The notes beneath the pieces were generated by a model. The model made no database searches. It saw only the letters and a list, made by a program, of their open reading frames with translations, and was not told the DNA's origin. Both the position numbers and the translations under genes were made by a program. From a virus (Duplodnaviria > Caudoviricetes): DNA of 64,000 nucleotides. The DNA is taken from IMG/VR virus record IMGVR_UViG_3300025723_000013; one strand, given 5' to 3'. Positions 41,090-50,681 of the stretch are shown here, piece after piece; the first letter of the stretch is position 1; the number at the start of each line of letters is the position of its first letter.

Positions 41090-42099
41090 AGGCTGTTGTA
41101 AATTTCCAATAAAAGTTTTTGATTAAACTGTTCACTTTCAATATTGACCAATCCTTGAGATACAATTTGATCAACACTTTCAAATCCGGAACCAACGTTT
41201 TCGTTCACTATTTCGTCTAGTGATATCTTTTCCTGTATCATGCTGAATTCACGTATGTCATGCTCATTCACAAAAGTTTCCTTGATAAAAGTGGCTTCTT
41301 CGTAGCTGACATCAATATCTAAATTGACTTTGAGATACATTTTTGACTTGAGAATGGATTCCTTGTTGTCTATCAATTGACTGAGATTCAGCGTTCTATA
41401 TTTGGGAGCATCGGGCCATGCTGCAAATTGAGGTTTACCGCCCCATTCCAATGTCATCATGCCGCGTTCATCATCGCCGGCATCGGCATAATTATGCGGA
41501 AATGCGTTGCCAATGTACCAAATCTTGTTTTGATTCTGTCTTTTATGGAAATGGCCTGAAAACACATAATCTTGATGATGAAAATGCGATGCCTGCAGCT
41601 CTCCGTGATCCGGCATTTGTATCATGGCGTTCATGTAAAATGAAGGTAATTCCAAATGCCCAAAAATATACTTGCTTTTAATTTTACTGATGTTTTTCCA
41701 TTCATCACCAATCAACCAAGGGATCAATGTCACATCATCAATTGTGGTCACATGATCAATCACAGTGACACCCGGAATGTACTTTCCAAAGATTGAACTG
41801 TGTACATCACGTTTGTCTTTGTAAAACAAATCATGATTTCCAGGAAACCAGATAAATTTTTCAAACGCCGACCCTAATTTCTCCAGACACCTAATGCTGG
41901 TGTCTAGAGTGATTAGATTGATGGAATTACGATGGTGATGCCAATCGCCTAGGAAAATCCCAGTGTCACAATTTTGTTGTTTGGCCTGCTCTATAAACCA
42001 ATCAACAAAATCCTCGCAATCTTTAAGATGAGCGAGGCTGTTACTTTTGAGGCCAAAGTGTATGTCGGTCATGCACGCTACTTTCTTAAACAGTGGCAT
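41086..42099 (-). CDS. gp47: Recombination endonuclease subunit gp47 (Mre11/SbcD-like)
   Basis: Metallophosphoesterase motifs TDIHFG, FLGDWHH, PGNHD, GHLE and VFSGHFH. Confidence 0.95.
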   Translation of the reverse strand: MPLFKKVACMTDIHFGLKSNSLAHLKDCEDFVDWFIEQAKQQNCDTGIFLGDWHHHRNSINLITLDTSIRCLEKLGSAFEKFIWFPGNHDLFYKDKRDVHSSIFGKYIPGVTVIDHVTTIDDVTLIPWLIGDEWKNISKIKSKYIFGHLELPSFYMNAMIQMPDHGELQASHFHHQDYVFSGHFHKRQNQNKIWYIGNAFPHNYADAGDDERGMMTLEWGGKPQFAAWPDAPKYRTLNLSQLIDNKESILKSKMYLKVNLDIDVSYEEATFIKETFVNEHDIREFSMIQEKISLDEIVNENVGSGFESVDQIVSQGLVNIESEQFNQKLLLEIYNSL

Positions 42100-42119
42100 A
42101 TTGTAATTCTCCTTGCCTT

Positions 42120-42148
42120 ATATTAGCAAAGGACTGTGGACAAGTCAA
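42120..42148 (-). promoter_or_regulatory. Sigma70-type promoter for gp47/gp46
   Basis: Minus strand TTGACT-N17-TAATAT, followed by an AAGGAG RBS and ATG 42099. Confidence 0.65.
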
Positions 42149-43056
42149 CTTTCTTCTTCATCAACAGGAGCATAGTCGCCTTCTTGGCTTTTTGGCATCC
42201 GAGTATTTTTGTAGATTTCAGCCTGTTTGGCCACTTCTTCGGCAAACTCCTGTTGAGTTTGTCTGGTCATGCTTGGAGTCAATCCGTTGACTTCGAGCAA
42301 ATCATCTCTGATAGTTTGATTCTTCTTTTCAATATTGAGCACTCTGGTAAACGAATTGGTTACCGCGGCGGTGTAATAGGCAAATGGATTTTCTGACTTT
42401 GATTCATCAAACTGTAGTCCAATTTGGCTCAATTGAAGTATGGCCTGTCCTCGCATTTCATCAACGTAGGTATATCCTCTCCAGTTGCTGCGTTGTGCAT
42501 ATCTTTCGCTGAGTTTAATGAACATTTTGCCTAGATTTTCTGTGATCCTGCCGTGATCTTTACAAAACTTGCCTTTTAAAATATCACCCTTCCAGTGACT
42601 TAATCCCACACATTCCAATTGGTCTTTTTCGTTAAATTTGTAATGCTGAAAAGGTGGAAAATTTACCTTTTCGTGAGAGTCGGCCACTGTTTTAGTTGTC
42701 TTTTTCCTTCCAGGCGCTAACGGAATATGATCAAATGTCATCACACGTATGATGATATCTTGTTTGTTTATGGTTTTATAATCTGGCGTACATTCGGCCA
42801 ATTTAATTTTTTTATCACCAGTTGATCTTGCCTCAACAAAGGCGTTTAATCCTAGTCTTTTAGCTCTGGTTCTTTTGGCATCCGCAATTGTGCGAATATT
42901 GATCTTGTCCAAACCGGTTAATATTATGTCGTATTGTCCATATTCGGGTTTTAAAAAACTAGAATATGAACATTTGCTTTTGTGTATTTCTGCTAGTAAA
43001 TCTCTATTGTTTAAATATTTTACTTTTCTTCCTGTTGCATTTATTGTTGTTGTCAT
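42145..43056 (-). CDS. gp55: Late-transcription sigma factor (T4 gp55-like) (303 aa)
   Basis: KYLNNRDLLAEI...SNWRGYTYVDEMRGQAILQL...FDESKSENPFAYYT...RVLNIEKKNQ. Start moved to ATG 43056, which has an AGGAG RBS and lies downstream of the promoter. Confidence 0.88.
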   Translation of the reverse strand: MTTTINATGRKVKYLNNRDLLAEIHKSKCSYSSFLKPEYGQYDIILTGLDKINIRTIADAKRTRAKRLGLNAFVEARSTGDKKIKLAECTPDYKTINKQDIIIRVMTFDHIPLAPGRKKTTKTVADSHEKVNFPPFQHYKFNEKDQLECVGLSHWKGDILKGKFCKDHGRITENLGKMFIKLSERYAQRSNWRGYTYVDEMRGQAILQLSQIGLQFDESKSENPFAYYTAAVTNSFTRVLNIEKKNQTIRDDLLEVNGLTPSMTRQTQQEFAEEVAKQAEIYKNTRMPKSQEGDYAPVDEEES

Positions 43057-43080
43057 TGGCCCAGGTCTCCTATTATTTTT

Positions 43081-43109
43081 AATATAACAAAAATACAATT
43101 AAATGTCAA
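43081..43109 (-). promoter_or_regulatory. Sigma70-type promoter for gp55
   Basis: Minus strand TTGACA-N17-TATATT. Confidence 0.75.
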
Positions 43110-43164
43110 GCATTTAAGTGCGTATATTATTTATTGGTTAAATACGTTACAGGAGCATTGATAC

Positions 43165-44085
43165 ATGGCAACTCAATCATCAATTGAGACATTTTTAAAT
43201 GGTGGAACCAAAACTACAGGAGCAGACGGGATAACCTACTCGAGTGTTTTGGCCAGTAGCACAGATAATATTGTAAATCCTAGTAATTCAGATGCCATAA
43301 CGCTTAAAAAATACGCCAAAGCTACCTTGGTAAATTCCAAAGATCCGCTTGTTAATTCTCCCACCAGCACGGTAAAGTCACCAACTTCCACTGCAGACAT
43401 CAATGACAATGGAAAACCAACTGCGGTTCCTGATAAGGTAACCCCGGCCAGAGCAAGATTCATGGATTCATCTGATCAAAGGGTTAGATTAATTGTGCCC
43501 AATTATTACATACAATCAGGCACACTGGCCGCAGGACCAGATGATATTTTAAAGAAAAATTTAGGAATATTGTTTCCTTATACTCCCAGTATCAAGATTG
43601 AATATACTGCAAATTATAAAACAACCAATGTTGTACACTCAAATTACGCACTGAATTTTTATCAACATTCTCAAATAGGCGACATTGTGATCGAAGGACC
43701 AATAACAGTTCAGAATGATCAAGATGCTCAAATTTGGCTTGCAATGCAACATCTTTTGCGAGCATTGATCAAAATGCCCTTTGGAGACGACCAGTATGCA
43801 GGAAGTCCTCCGCCAGTATGTAGATTATATGCTCGAGGTGATTACATGTTTAATCAAACCCCGGTCGCTGTAAAATCGTTTAGTTTTGACTTACCAGACT
43901 CAGTGGATTACTACACAGTTCCGTCATCCATGGACGGTTCTAACTCCAATTTTGGCATAAGTTCGGTTCCGGTATATTCTAAATTATCAATTACCTTGGT
44001 ACCAATATACAGTAGATCCGAAATGTTATCCGGAACAGTGCAGGGATGGCTTACTGGCGGTCAAAGATTTGATGGATATCTATAA
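43165..44085 (+). CDS. Baseplate tail-tube initiator (T4 gp48/gp54-like) (306 aa)
   Basis: FPYTPSI...GSPPPVCRL...PVAVKSFSFDLPDSVDY tube-like motifs. First gene of the baseplate operon, with TTAAATA at 43138-44. Confidence 0.65.
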   Translation: MATQSSIETFLNGGTKTTGADGITYSSVLASSTDNIVNPSNSDAITLKKYAKATLVNSKDPLVNSPTSTVKSPTSTADINDNGKPTAVPDKVTPARARFMDSSDQRVRLIVPNYYIQSGTLAAGPDDILKKNLGILFPYTPSIKIEYTANYKTTNVVHSNYALNFYQHSQIGDIVIEGPITVQNDQDAQIWLAMQHLLRALIKMPFGDDQYAGSPPPVCRLYARGDYMFNQTPVAVKSFSFDLPDSVDYYTVPSSMDGSNSNFGISSVPVYSKLSITLVPIYSRSEMLSGTVQGWLTGGQRFDGYL

Positions 44086-44414
44086 TGTCAGCAGTATATT
44101 CCAAAGACAGTCCATACTATACAACTCCGATTAAGGGATCCTATCTTGACATCATTAATTTTAGAAATATTCCCAATGTTACCAATGATGTTCAATTTCG
44201 AGTGACCACACAGTATGCAAACAGACCGGATCTATTGGCTCATGACCTATATGGAAATTCCAATCTATGGTGGGTTTTCGCTGTCAGGAATAAGGATATT
44301 ATTCAGGATCCAATCTATGATATGTATGCCGGACAAACTATATATCTTCCTCAACCGTCTACGATACAAACATTAATAGGTCAAAATTTAGGTCAAAACC
44401 TATCAGGATCCTAA
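44085..44414 (+). CDS. Baseplate wedge protein gp53-like (LysM-like) (109 aa)
   Basis: YANRPDLLAHDLYGNSNLWWVFAVRN...GQTIYLP. Confidence 0.8.
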   Translation: MSAVYSKDSPYYTTPIKGSYLDIINFRNIPNVTNDVQFRVTTQYANRPDLLAHDLYGNSNLWWVFAVRNKDIIQDPIYDMYAGQTIYLPQPSTIQTLIGQNLGQNLSGS

Positions 44415-44417
44415 AAT

Positions 44418-47400
44418 ATGGCAGCACGTAAGTTTCCAACATCTGATCCGACCCGAGTATCTGGTTCAAAAGATATCCAAGATAAAACTCCTAGTCCTGA
44501 AAAAATGCAGGCAAAAAAACAAACAGTCAACCAGTTTCGTAGACAGGCCAAAACAAATGTTCTCAACAACTACAGATCCTATAATTATATTTTTACTCTG
44601 GCAGCGTTGGAAAAAAACGCATTAAATGATTCTTCACAATATAAAAATTCATCCAATTACTACGTGGTAGCCAAATCAGGAGGAAAAGGAACCAAAGGCA
44701 TAACGAATACGCAACGCCCTAGTCCTACAGAATTAACCAAAGAAGAAAAAGCATTAAATCCACTGGAAAAAAATCTCGCTAGTCTGCGTAATAGAGTAAA
44801 GGATTCCGGTGTCTACCAGTTAAACAATCAATTGGTAGCTCAGTTTAATTCACAAAGTCCTGGAGCCAAAGATTTTTTTATTAACAATGTCAAAATAGAC
44901 ACAGTTATGGGCGGAAGCAAAAATACCAGCATGTCTATTGCAACCAATTTTGATTTTGATATACTTGAGCCCTATAGCATGACCGGTTTTTTAGAGGCAT
45001 TACATGTTTCGGCTGTGGCTGCAGGATATGCCAGTTATGCAGAGGCCTGTTTTCTATTTAAAATAGAATTTGTAGGATATCCAGATGGAGATGGTTTGCC
45101 CGATCCAGTGTCAATACCCAATTCCAGCCGATATTTTGTAATAAGAATAACCGGAGTTGATATTACTGTAACAGAATCAGGAGCTTTATACAAATGCAAG
45201 GCTGTGTCAGTTGAACAAATTGCATTTGGCGAGGCCAATCAACTCAAAGATGATATTAAAATGTCGGGTACAAAGGTAGGAGACATATTATCTAATTTTA
45301 TTAACGGAATAAACAATTCAAAAATAGATGATGCACAAACCACCAATCAGGACGAAGATAAGAATTTACATGACACCTACGAGATTTATTTTCCTCTAGT
45401 GACCGATACGGGTATAGATACTGCCTATCTTCAAAATCCATCGGGGTATGAGAAAAATGAAATTGCATCAAAAGAATTAACAACACTATTAAAAAGTAAT
45501 GAAAATTACGCATTTGCCACACCTGATAATAGCACTAGCACAACTGTGGTATCATACTCTCCCACGTCCAATGCAGTAAGTTTTTCAAAAGGACAAAATA
45601 TACATGAATGTATAATTTCGGTAGTGAGAGATAGCAATTATACCAAAGATATTTTAAAAGGACTCAATGAGGGTAAGATTGCCGACTCCAAAGGCATGAT
45701 CAAATATTTTATGGTACATGTAGAATTGGAATTTACCGGAAAATATAACAAAAATACAAATAGTCCGGTTTATAAATACCGATATCTTGTAATTCCTTAT
45801 CAAATACATCTAACAAGAATAAAGCCTAAACCTGATGGTATTATTGATACCACACAGTTAAAACTAAGTGCTCATCGTATCTATAATTATATATACACGG
45901 GAAAAAACGTTGATATATTAAATTTTCAATTACGTTTTAATAATTTATACTTCCAGGCCATTGCTAAGGTATTAGGAGATCAAACAACTTCTCCGGCCGC
46001 CGACAAATCTGTTCAACCTAGTAATCCAATATCTTCAAAATTTGGCCAAGGAACCACTGCCGCCCAAGCAAATAATTATACTTTTGGAATTTCAAGAAAA
46101 ATAACACCGGTAGATATAACCAAGCCTGTAGTGGATGGAACTCCAAACGCTGGTGTTCCTCAAGTTGATCCTTATGCAAGATTGAGCAAAAACATGCATG
46201 AATCAATACTGGAAAATACAGATCAGTGCACAGCCGAAGTTGAAATCATTGGCGATCCTTACTACTTGGTCACAGGCGGGTCAGGCAATCAAAAATTAAA
46301 ATTAAATTCGGACGGAACAGCCGGGGACGGCGAGGCTCCATACACAACATCGGATGTCAGTGTTGTGATGTTTTTTAAAAACCCAGTTGATATAGATCCT
46401 GTTACTGGATTTGCCAATTTCAATAATGCCGTAGCAGAATACAGCGGAGTTTTTCAGGTAACTCAAGTTGAAAGCAAATTTAATGATGGACTTTTTACGC
46501 AAAAAATCAATTTAGTTAGAATTCCTGGGCAGGTAGAGGATGTTGATACAAGTAGCACGCCTTATGATCCAAATAACCCTGCTGTTTCGTCGCTTACTCC
46601 TGCATTTGTTCCGGTTCCGGATCCTTCAAAGGCCGCAGTTGAGCCCACAATTATTCCCGAAGCGACATCTCCTGCCGTACAAGAAAACTCGTCTAGAGCC
46701 AGTTATAATGCCTTGCTTGCATCTATCGCTAATGGTCTTCCTATAACAGGATTACCTGGCGATCTTTCAAATCTTGTTCCGGGATTTAATAATAATTTAG
46801 GATCTTTAAGCAATCTTGCGTCAATTGGTTCTTTAATAAATTCTGTAAAATCAAATATTGCAGGAGCTACCAATGCAGCAGGCGCATTAATTAATCAAGT
46901 GACCGGAAGTGCTGCACAAGGACTGAGTAATATCAGCACTGTGCTTAGATTGGCCAAATCTGGATTATCTGGCATATCAATTAATTACAATAGTGCAGGT
47001 GGAAGTGTGGCTCAATTGAGCTTGTTGGGAAAATCAATAGGATTTTCCAATTCCACGCCTGATAATTTAGCAAGATCGATATTATCATCAGGAGCCAAAT
47101 TATCAAATGAAATTGGTTACACTGCTATGTCTGCTGTTAACAGACTTGAATCAAATTCAGCAGGCTTAATAAATGGAATATCTGCCAAGATTGGCAATCT
47201 TCATGGTAACAGTGCCGCTTTGGGAATACAATTAGGAATCAATCCCAGTGTTTTAAGTGGATTGAGCATTAATTTACAATCCTCAATTTTGCATCGAATT
47301 TCGTCATTGGCCGCTACTGTTCCTAGAAATGTTGACTTAAACAACGAAATTAAAAATGGAATACTAATCGATAATCTTCCTCCTTCGGCGTTGGCAAATT

Positions 47401-47825
47401 TGCCTGCTACTCAACCTTTTGCAGTAGCTCCGCCCCCGTCTATCAATTTATCAGACGTGCAATTCAATGTTTCTCAGGGAGTTCCTTTATCAACCATGCC
47501 AGGCATTTATTCTGTATACAAACTAGATACAATTTTATCAAACAATGTTTCTTCCGACTTAAATAATCCAGCCTCGCTGTTGACCAATGGCGGATTAGAT
47601 TATAGATCAGTGGCCAATAAATTTTCCACCTTACAAGCAGGAATCGTGAATATTACAGGCAACGGTTTAAGTATTGAGGCAAGTTTAAATAATGTAAACA
47701 ATGTGGTCCCATCCGGTCTTCCTTATACCGCAAACATTTCGGCCTCGGTAATAGCAAAATTTGGAAGCAAGAGTGGATCAGCATCTAGTCCGTTGACAGT
47801 TTTAATACAAGGTAATACAGGTTAA
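44418..47825 (+). CDS. Baseplate hub protein (gp27/VgrG-N-like) with low-complexity C-terminal extension (1135 aa)
   Basis: Lies between gp53 and gp5; AEVEIIGDPYYL...YSGVFQVTQVESKFNDGLFTQKINLVR is a hub-type motif. Confidence 0.65.
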   Translation: MAARKFPTSDPTRVSGSKDIQDKTPSPEKMQAKKQTVNQFRRQAKTNVLNNYRSYNYIFTLAALEKNALNDSSQYKNSSNYYVVAKSGGKGTKGITNTQRPSPTELTKEEKALNPLEKNLASLRNRVKDSGVYQLNNQLVAQFNSQSPGAKDFFINNVKIDTVMGGSKNTSMSIATNFDFDILEPYSMTGFLEALHVSAVAAGYASYAEACFLFKIEFVGYPDGDGLPDPVSIPNSSRYFVIRITGVDITVTESGALYKCKAVSVEQIAFGEANQLKDDIKMSGTKVGDILSNFINGINNSKIDDAQTTNQDEDKNLHDTYEIYFPLVTDTGIDTAYLQNPSGYEKNEIASKELTTLLKSNENYAFATPDNSTSTTVVSYSPTSNAVSFSKGQNIHECIISVVRDSNYTKDILKGLNEGKIADSKGMIKYFMVHVELEFTGKYNKNTNSPVYKYRYLVIPYQIHLTRIKPKPDGIIDTTQLKLSAHRIYNYIYTGKNVDILNFQLRFNNLYFQAIAKVLGDQTTSPAADKSVQPSNPISSKFGQGTTAAQANNYTFGISRKITPVDITKPVVDGTPNAGVPQVDPYARLSKNMHESILENTDQCTAEVEIIGDPYYLVTGGSGNQKLKLNSDGTAGDGEAPYTTSDVSVVMFFKNPVDIDPVTGFANFNNAVAEYSGVFQVTQVESKFNDGLFTQKINLVRIPGQVEDVDTSSTPYDPNNPAVSSLTPAFVPVPDPSKAAVEPTIIPEATSPAVQENSSRASYNALLASIANGLPITGLPGDLSNLVPGFNNNLGSLSNLASIGSLINSVKSNIAGATNAAGALINQVTGSAAQGLSNISTVLRLAKSGLSGISINYNSAGGSVAQLSLLGKSIGFSNSTPDNLARSILSSGAKLSNEIGYTAMSAVNRLESNSAGLINGISAKIGNLHGNSAALGIQLGINPSVLSGLSINLQSSILHRISSLAATVPRNVDLNNEIKNGILIDNLPPSALANLPATQPFAVAPPPSINLSDVQFNVSQGVPLSTMPGIYSVYKLDTILSNNVSSDLNNPASLLTNGGLDYRSVANKFSTLQAGIVNITGNGLSIEASLNNVNNVVPSGLPYTANISASVIAKFGSKSGSASSPLTVLIQGNTG

Positions 47826-47827
47826 TC

Positions 47828-50176
47828 ATGCCAATAGAGACCAGAATAAGTGGAAAATATAAATCCTTTGATTCTCCGGGTCCCTACATAGGAAGAATTA
47901 CCAATTTGCTTGATACCACGTATATGGGTGGACTAGAAGTTGTTCTTGAAAAAGGACATCCGGGTAATACTCAAATACAAGAACAAACATATATAGTACA
48001 GTACCTTACACCATTTTATGGAGTTACCGATGTTCGAACTGAAGGTAATGATCCTGCTAATTTTAATGATGTTCAAAAAAGTTACGGTTTTTGGATGGTT
48101 CCTCCTGATATAGGAACCAAGGTTCTTTGTATTTTTATTGATGGGGACCCAAATCAGGGCTACTGGATAGGATGCATAGCGGATCGTTTCCAAAATCAAA
48201 TGATTCCAGGCATAGCAGCTAGCCAAAACGTGCTGCTCACAGACGCACAGCTCAAAAAATATGGAGAAGTCACTAATCTTCCAGTAGCTGAATTTTTAAA
48301 GAGAACTATCAAACCGCTTATCAGCCCAAATGCGCAGTTAAAACCAGTACATCCGTTCGCTGATAGATTACTAGAACAAGGATTGCTGGCAGATAATATT
48401 CGAGGAGTTACTTCTAGCTCTGCAAGACGTGAGGTTCCCAGTTCGGTATTTGGCATAAGCACCCCGGGTCCGTTGGATCCAACCGGAAAGACAACCTTGA
48501 TAGGGTACGGAAAAACCAATCAAAAATCCCAACGTATCAGTAGATTAGGCGGAACCCAATTTGTCATGGACGACGGAGATGCAGCGGGTCAAAACGAATT
48601 AGTAAGACTAAGAACCAGAACCGGTCATCAGATTCTCATGCACAACAGCAGCGACTTGATTTATATAGCTAATAGCAAAGGAACTGCATGGATTGAATTG
48701 ACATCCAACGGCAAGATAGATGTCTACGCCAATGATAGCGTCAGTATTCATTCTGAAGCAGATTTTAATTTCAGAGCTGATCGAGATATAAATCTTGAAG
48801 CTGGAAGAAACATTCACATGGCTGCTGGGTCAAACATGGAAACCAATGTTGGAGGATTTTATAATCTTGTAATTTCCGATTATGCTAAAATATCTATAGC
48901 CAACGACAAAGATGAAACAGTTGGAGGCAGTTCAAGATTTACTGCAGGAGATTCTATCAATCAGTCGGCAACTCGTAATATAATCGCCACTGCTGGCTCA
49001 GGAATGAGCTTGTCGGCGGGCGGAAATTTAAATCTTACTACCGATGTAAACTTGAATCTCTCAGCTACTGGAGATATACTGCAAACTGGATATCAAATAT
49101 TCCTAAATGGACCTCCGGCCGAAGAGGCAGAAAAAGCTGACGATGCCAATCCGGCTCCTGCCTTGCCTTTTTACCATCTACCTAATAGAGTTTACAGCGC
49201 TGGATGGTCAAAAGGTAATTTCTATCAAGGTCCGCCTATCGCTAGTATCATGCAACGTGTTCCTACCCATGAGCCGTGGGATCAACATGAAAATATTAAT
49301 CCTGATCTATTCAGTCCTGCACGGACAGATGTAACCTTGATAGATAGATCTGCAAGCGGTATTCCGGCAAACACCAGCGGAGCAGCCCCGTCTAACAGTG
49401 CTGATGTTATACCTGGAACATGCGATCCTGTTTATGCCAAACAAATTTCAGAACCCGCGAGCCAGGCAGGAATTTCCGCTCTCAAAGAAGCATGCAAGCA
49501 ATTAAATATCACTTCGCCGGTGGCAATCGCCTCTCTTTTAGGTATTGCAGGTGGCGAAAGTAGATGGAAAACGGTACAGGAAGGATTTAATTACAGCGCG
49601 GCCAGATTGTTGCAGGTATTTCCAAGTGTGTTTAAAGGGGATCAAGCGTTGGCACAACAATATGCTGGCAATCCCAATAACAGTTTACCAGAATTTTTAT
49701 ATGGGTATCAAACCGCTAAAGGAAAAGGACTAGGCAATACACAGCCAGGCGATGGAGCTAAATTTATCGGTAGAGGCTATATACAATTAACTGGTAGAGC
49801 AAATTATGCACGATATGGTCAAATACTTTATCAAAAACAAGCATTAAACTCGCCGACTGCATTAGTTGATGATCCTACTCTATTGTTAGATCCAAAAATC
49901 GCAGCACTGGCTAGTGCGGCCTACATGTTGGATAGATGTAAAACTTCTGTGACCGATCCAGGATATTTTGAAGCAGCAGTCCGTTCGGTTGGCTTTTGTA
50001 CTCCGGACATACACACCACAAAACTTGGTTTTTATCAGTGTTTTATTGGACAACTGCAAGGAAATTCTTCAAACATTCAAGCTCCTACTCCTCAAACCAA
50101 CAGCGCAGGTCAACCAATAACTTCAACTGTGCCTCCAACCACCCAGTCAACTACCGGACCCAATCCTACTACATAA
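47828..50176 (+). CDS. Baseplate central spike gp5-like protein with C-terminal GH19 lysozyme/chitinase-like domain (782 aa)
   Basis: OB-fold YGFWMVPPDIGTKVL, LRTRTGHQILM and beta-helix repeats. C-terminal GESRW...EGFNYS...DGAKFIGRGYIQLTGRANY is a GH19 motif. Confidence 0.85.
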   Translation: MPIETRISGKYKSFDSPGPYIGRITNLLDTTYMGGLEVVLEKGHPGNTQIQEQTYIVQYLTPFYGVTDVRTEGNDPANFNDVQKSYGFWMVPPDIGTKVLCIFIDGDPNQGYWIGCIADRFQNQMIPGIAASQNVLLTDAQLKKYGEVTNLPVAEFLKRTIKPLISPNAQLKPVHPFADRLLEQGLLADNIRGVTSSSARREVPSSVFGISTPGPLDPTGKTTLIGYGKTNQKSQRISRLGGTQFVMDDGDAAGQNELVRLRTRTGHQILMHNSSDLIYIANSKGTAWIELTSNGKIDVYANDSVSIHSEADFNFRADRDINLEAGRNIHMAAGSNMETNVGGFYNLVISDYAKISIANDKDETVGGSSRFTAGDSINQSATRNIIATAGSGMSLSAGGNLNLTTDVNLNLSATGDILQTGYQIFLNGPPAEEAEKADDANPAPALPFYHLPNRVYSAGWSKGNFYQGPPIASIMQRVPTHEPWDQHENINPDLFSPARTDVTLIDRSASGIPANTSGAAPSNSADVIPGTCDPVYAKQISEPASQAGISALKEACKQLNITSPVAIASLLGIAGGESRWKTVQEGFNYSAARLLQVFPSVFKGDQALAQQYAGNPNNSLPEFLYGYQTAKGKGLGNTQPGDGAKFIGRGYIQLTGRANYARYGQILYQKQALNSPTALVDDPTLLLDPKIAALASAAYMLDRCKTSVTDPGYFEAAVRSVGFCTPDIHTTKLGFYQCFIGQLQGNSSNIQAPTPQTNSAGQPITSTVPPTTQSTTGPNPTT

Positions 50177-50184
50177 ATATTCAT

Positions 50185-50625
50185 ATGCCATATAAAAATC
50201 TTGAACTTAATCCACCGCAATTTAGCGCTGCTTTGCAAAATAAACAAAGCCAGTTTTATATTGGATATAGCAGTGTGAATGTAGGAACCTTAGGAACCAC
50301 TAAATTATATGATTTTAATCTTATAAAGCAGGATCTATTGAATCAGTTTAATACAAAACAGGGCGAAAGAGTGATGAATCCCTCATTTGGAACAATTATT
50401 TGGGGATTGATGTTTGAACCTTTCACGGATGATGTCAAGCAAGCTATCACTAATGATATCAATCGCATCTGCAATTTTGATCCAAGAATTGTTCCTATAC
50501 AAATAGATATCACTGAACAAGAATATGGAATGATTTTAGAACTTACTCTTCAATATGTAGGAACGGATCAAAGTCTCAATTTAAGATTGAATTTTGATCG
50601 AGAAGTTGGAATATTGCCGCAGTAA
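50185..50625 (+). CDS. gp25: Baseplate wedge subunit gp25-like (146 aa)
   Basis: LIKQDLLNQFNTKQGERVMNPSFGTIIWGLMFEP...FDPRI. Start set at ATG 50185, just after late promoter ATAAATA at 50173-79. Confidence 0.88.
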   Translation: MPYKNLELNPPQFSAALQNKQSQFYIGYSSVNVGTLGTTKLYDFNLIKQDLLNQFNTKQGERVMNPSFGTIIWGLMFEPFTDDVKQAITNDINRICNFDPRIVPIQIDITEQEYGMILELTLQYVGTDQSLNLRLNFDREVGILPQ

Positions 50626-50681
50626 TAATATACCAATTTAATTAAAACAATAAATATCGGTATCAACGAGATAGATAAAGT

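Noticed and set aside
43057-43098. ORF-track start of gp55 at 43098
   Set aside because: It overlaps the -10 element of its own promoter, while ATG 43056 has an AGGAG RBS.
49996-50184. ORF-track N-terminal extension of gp25 (209 aa)
   Set aside because: It overlaps gp5 by 181 nt. A late promoter at 50173-79 and ATG 50185 give a normal-sized gp25.
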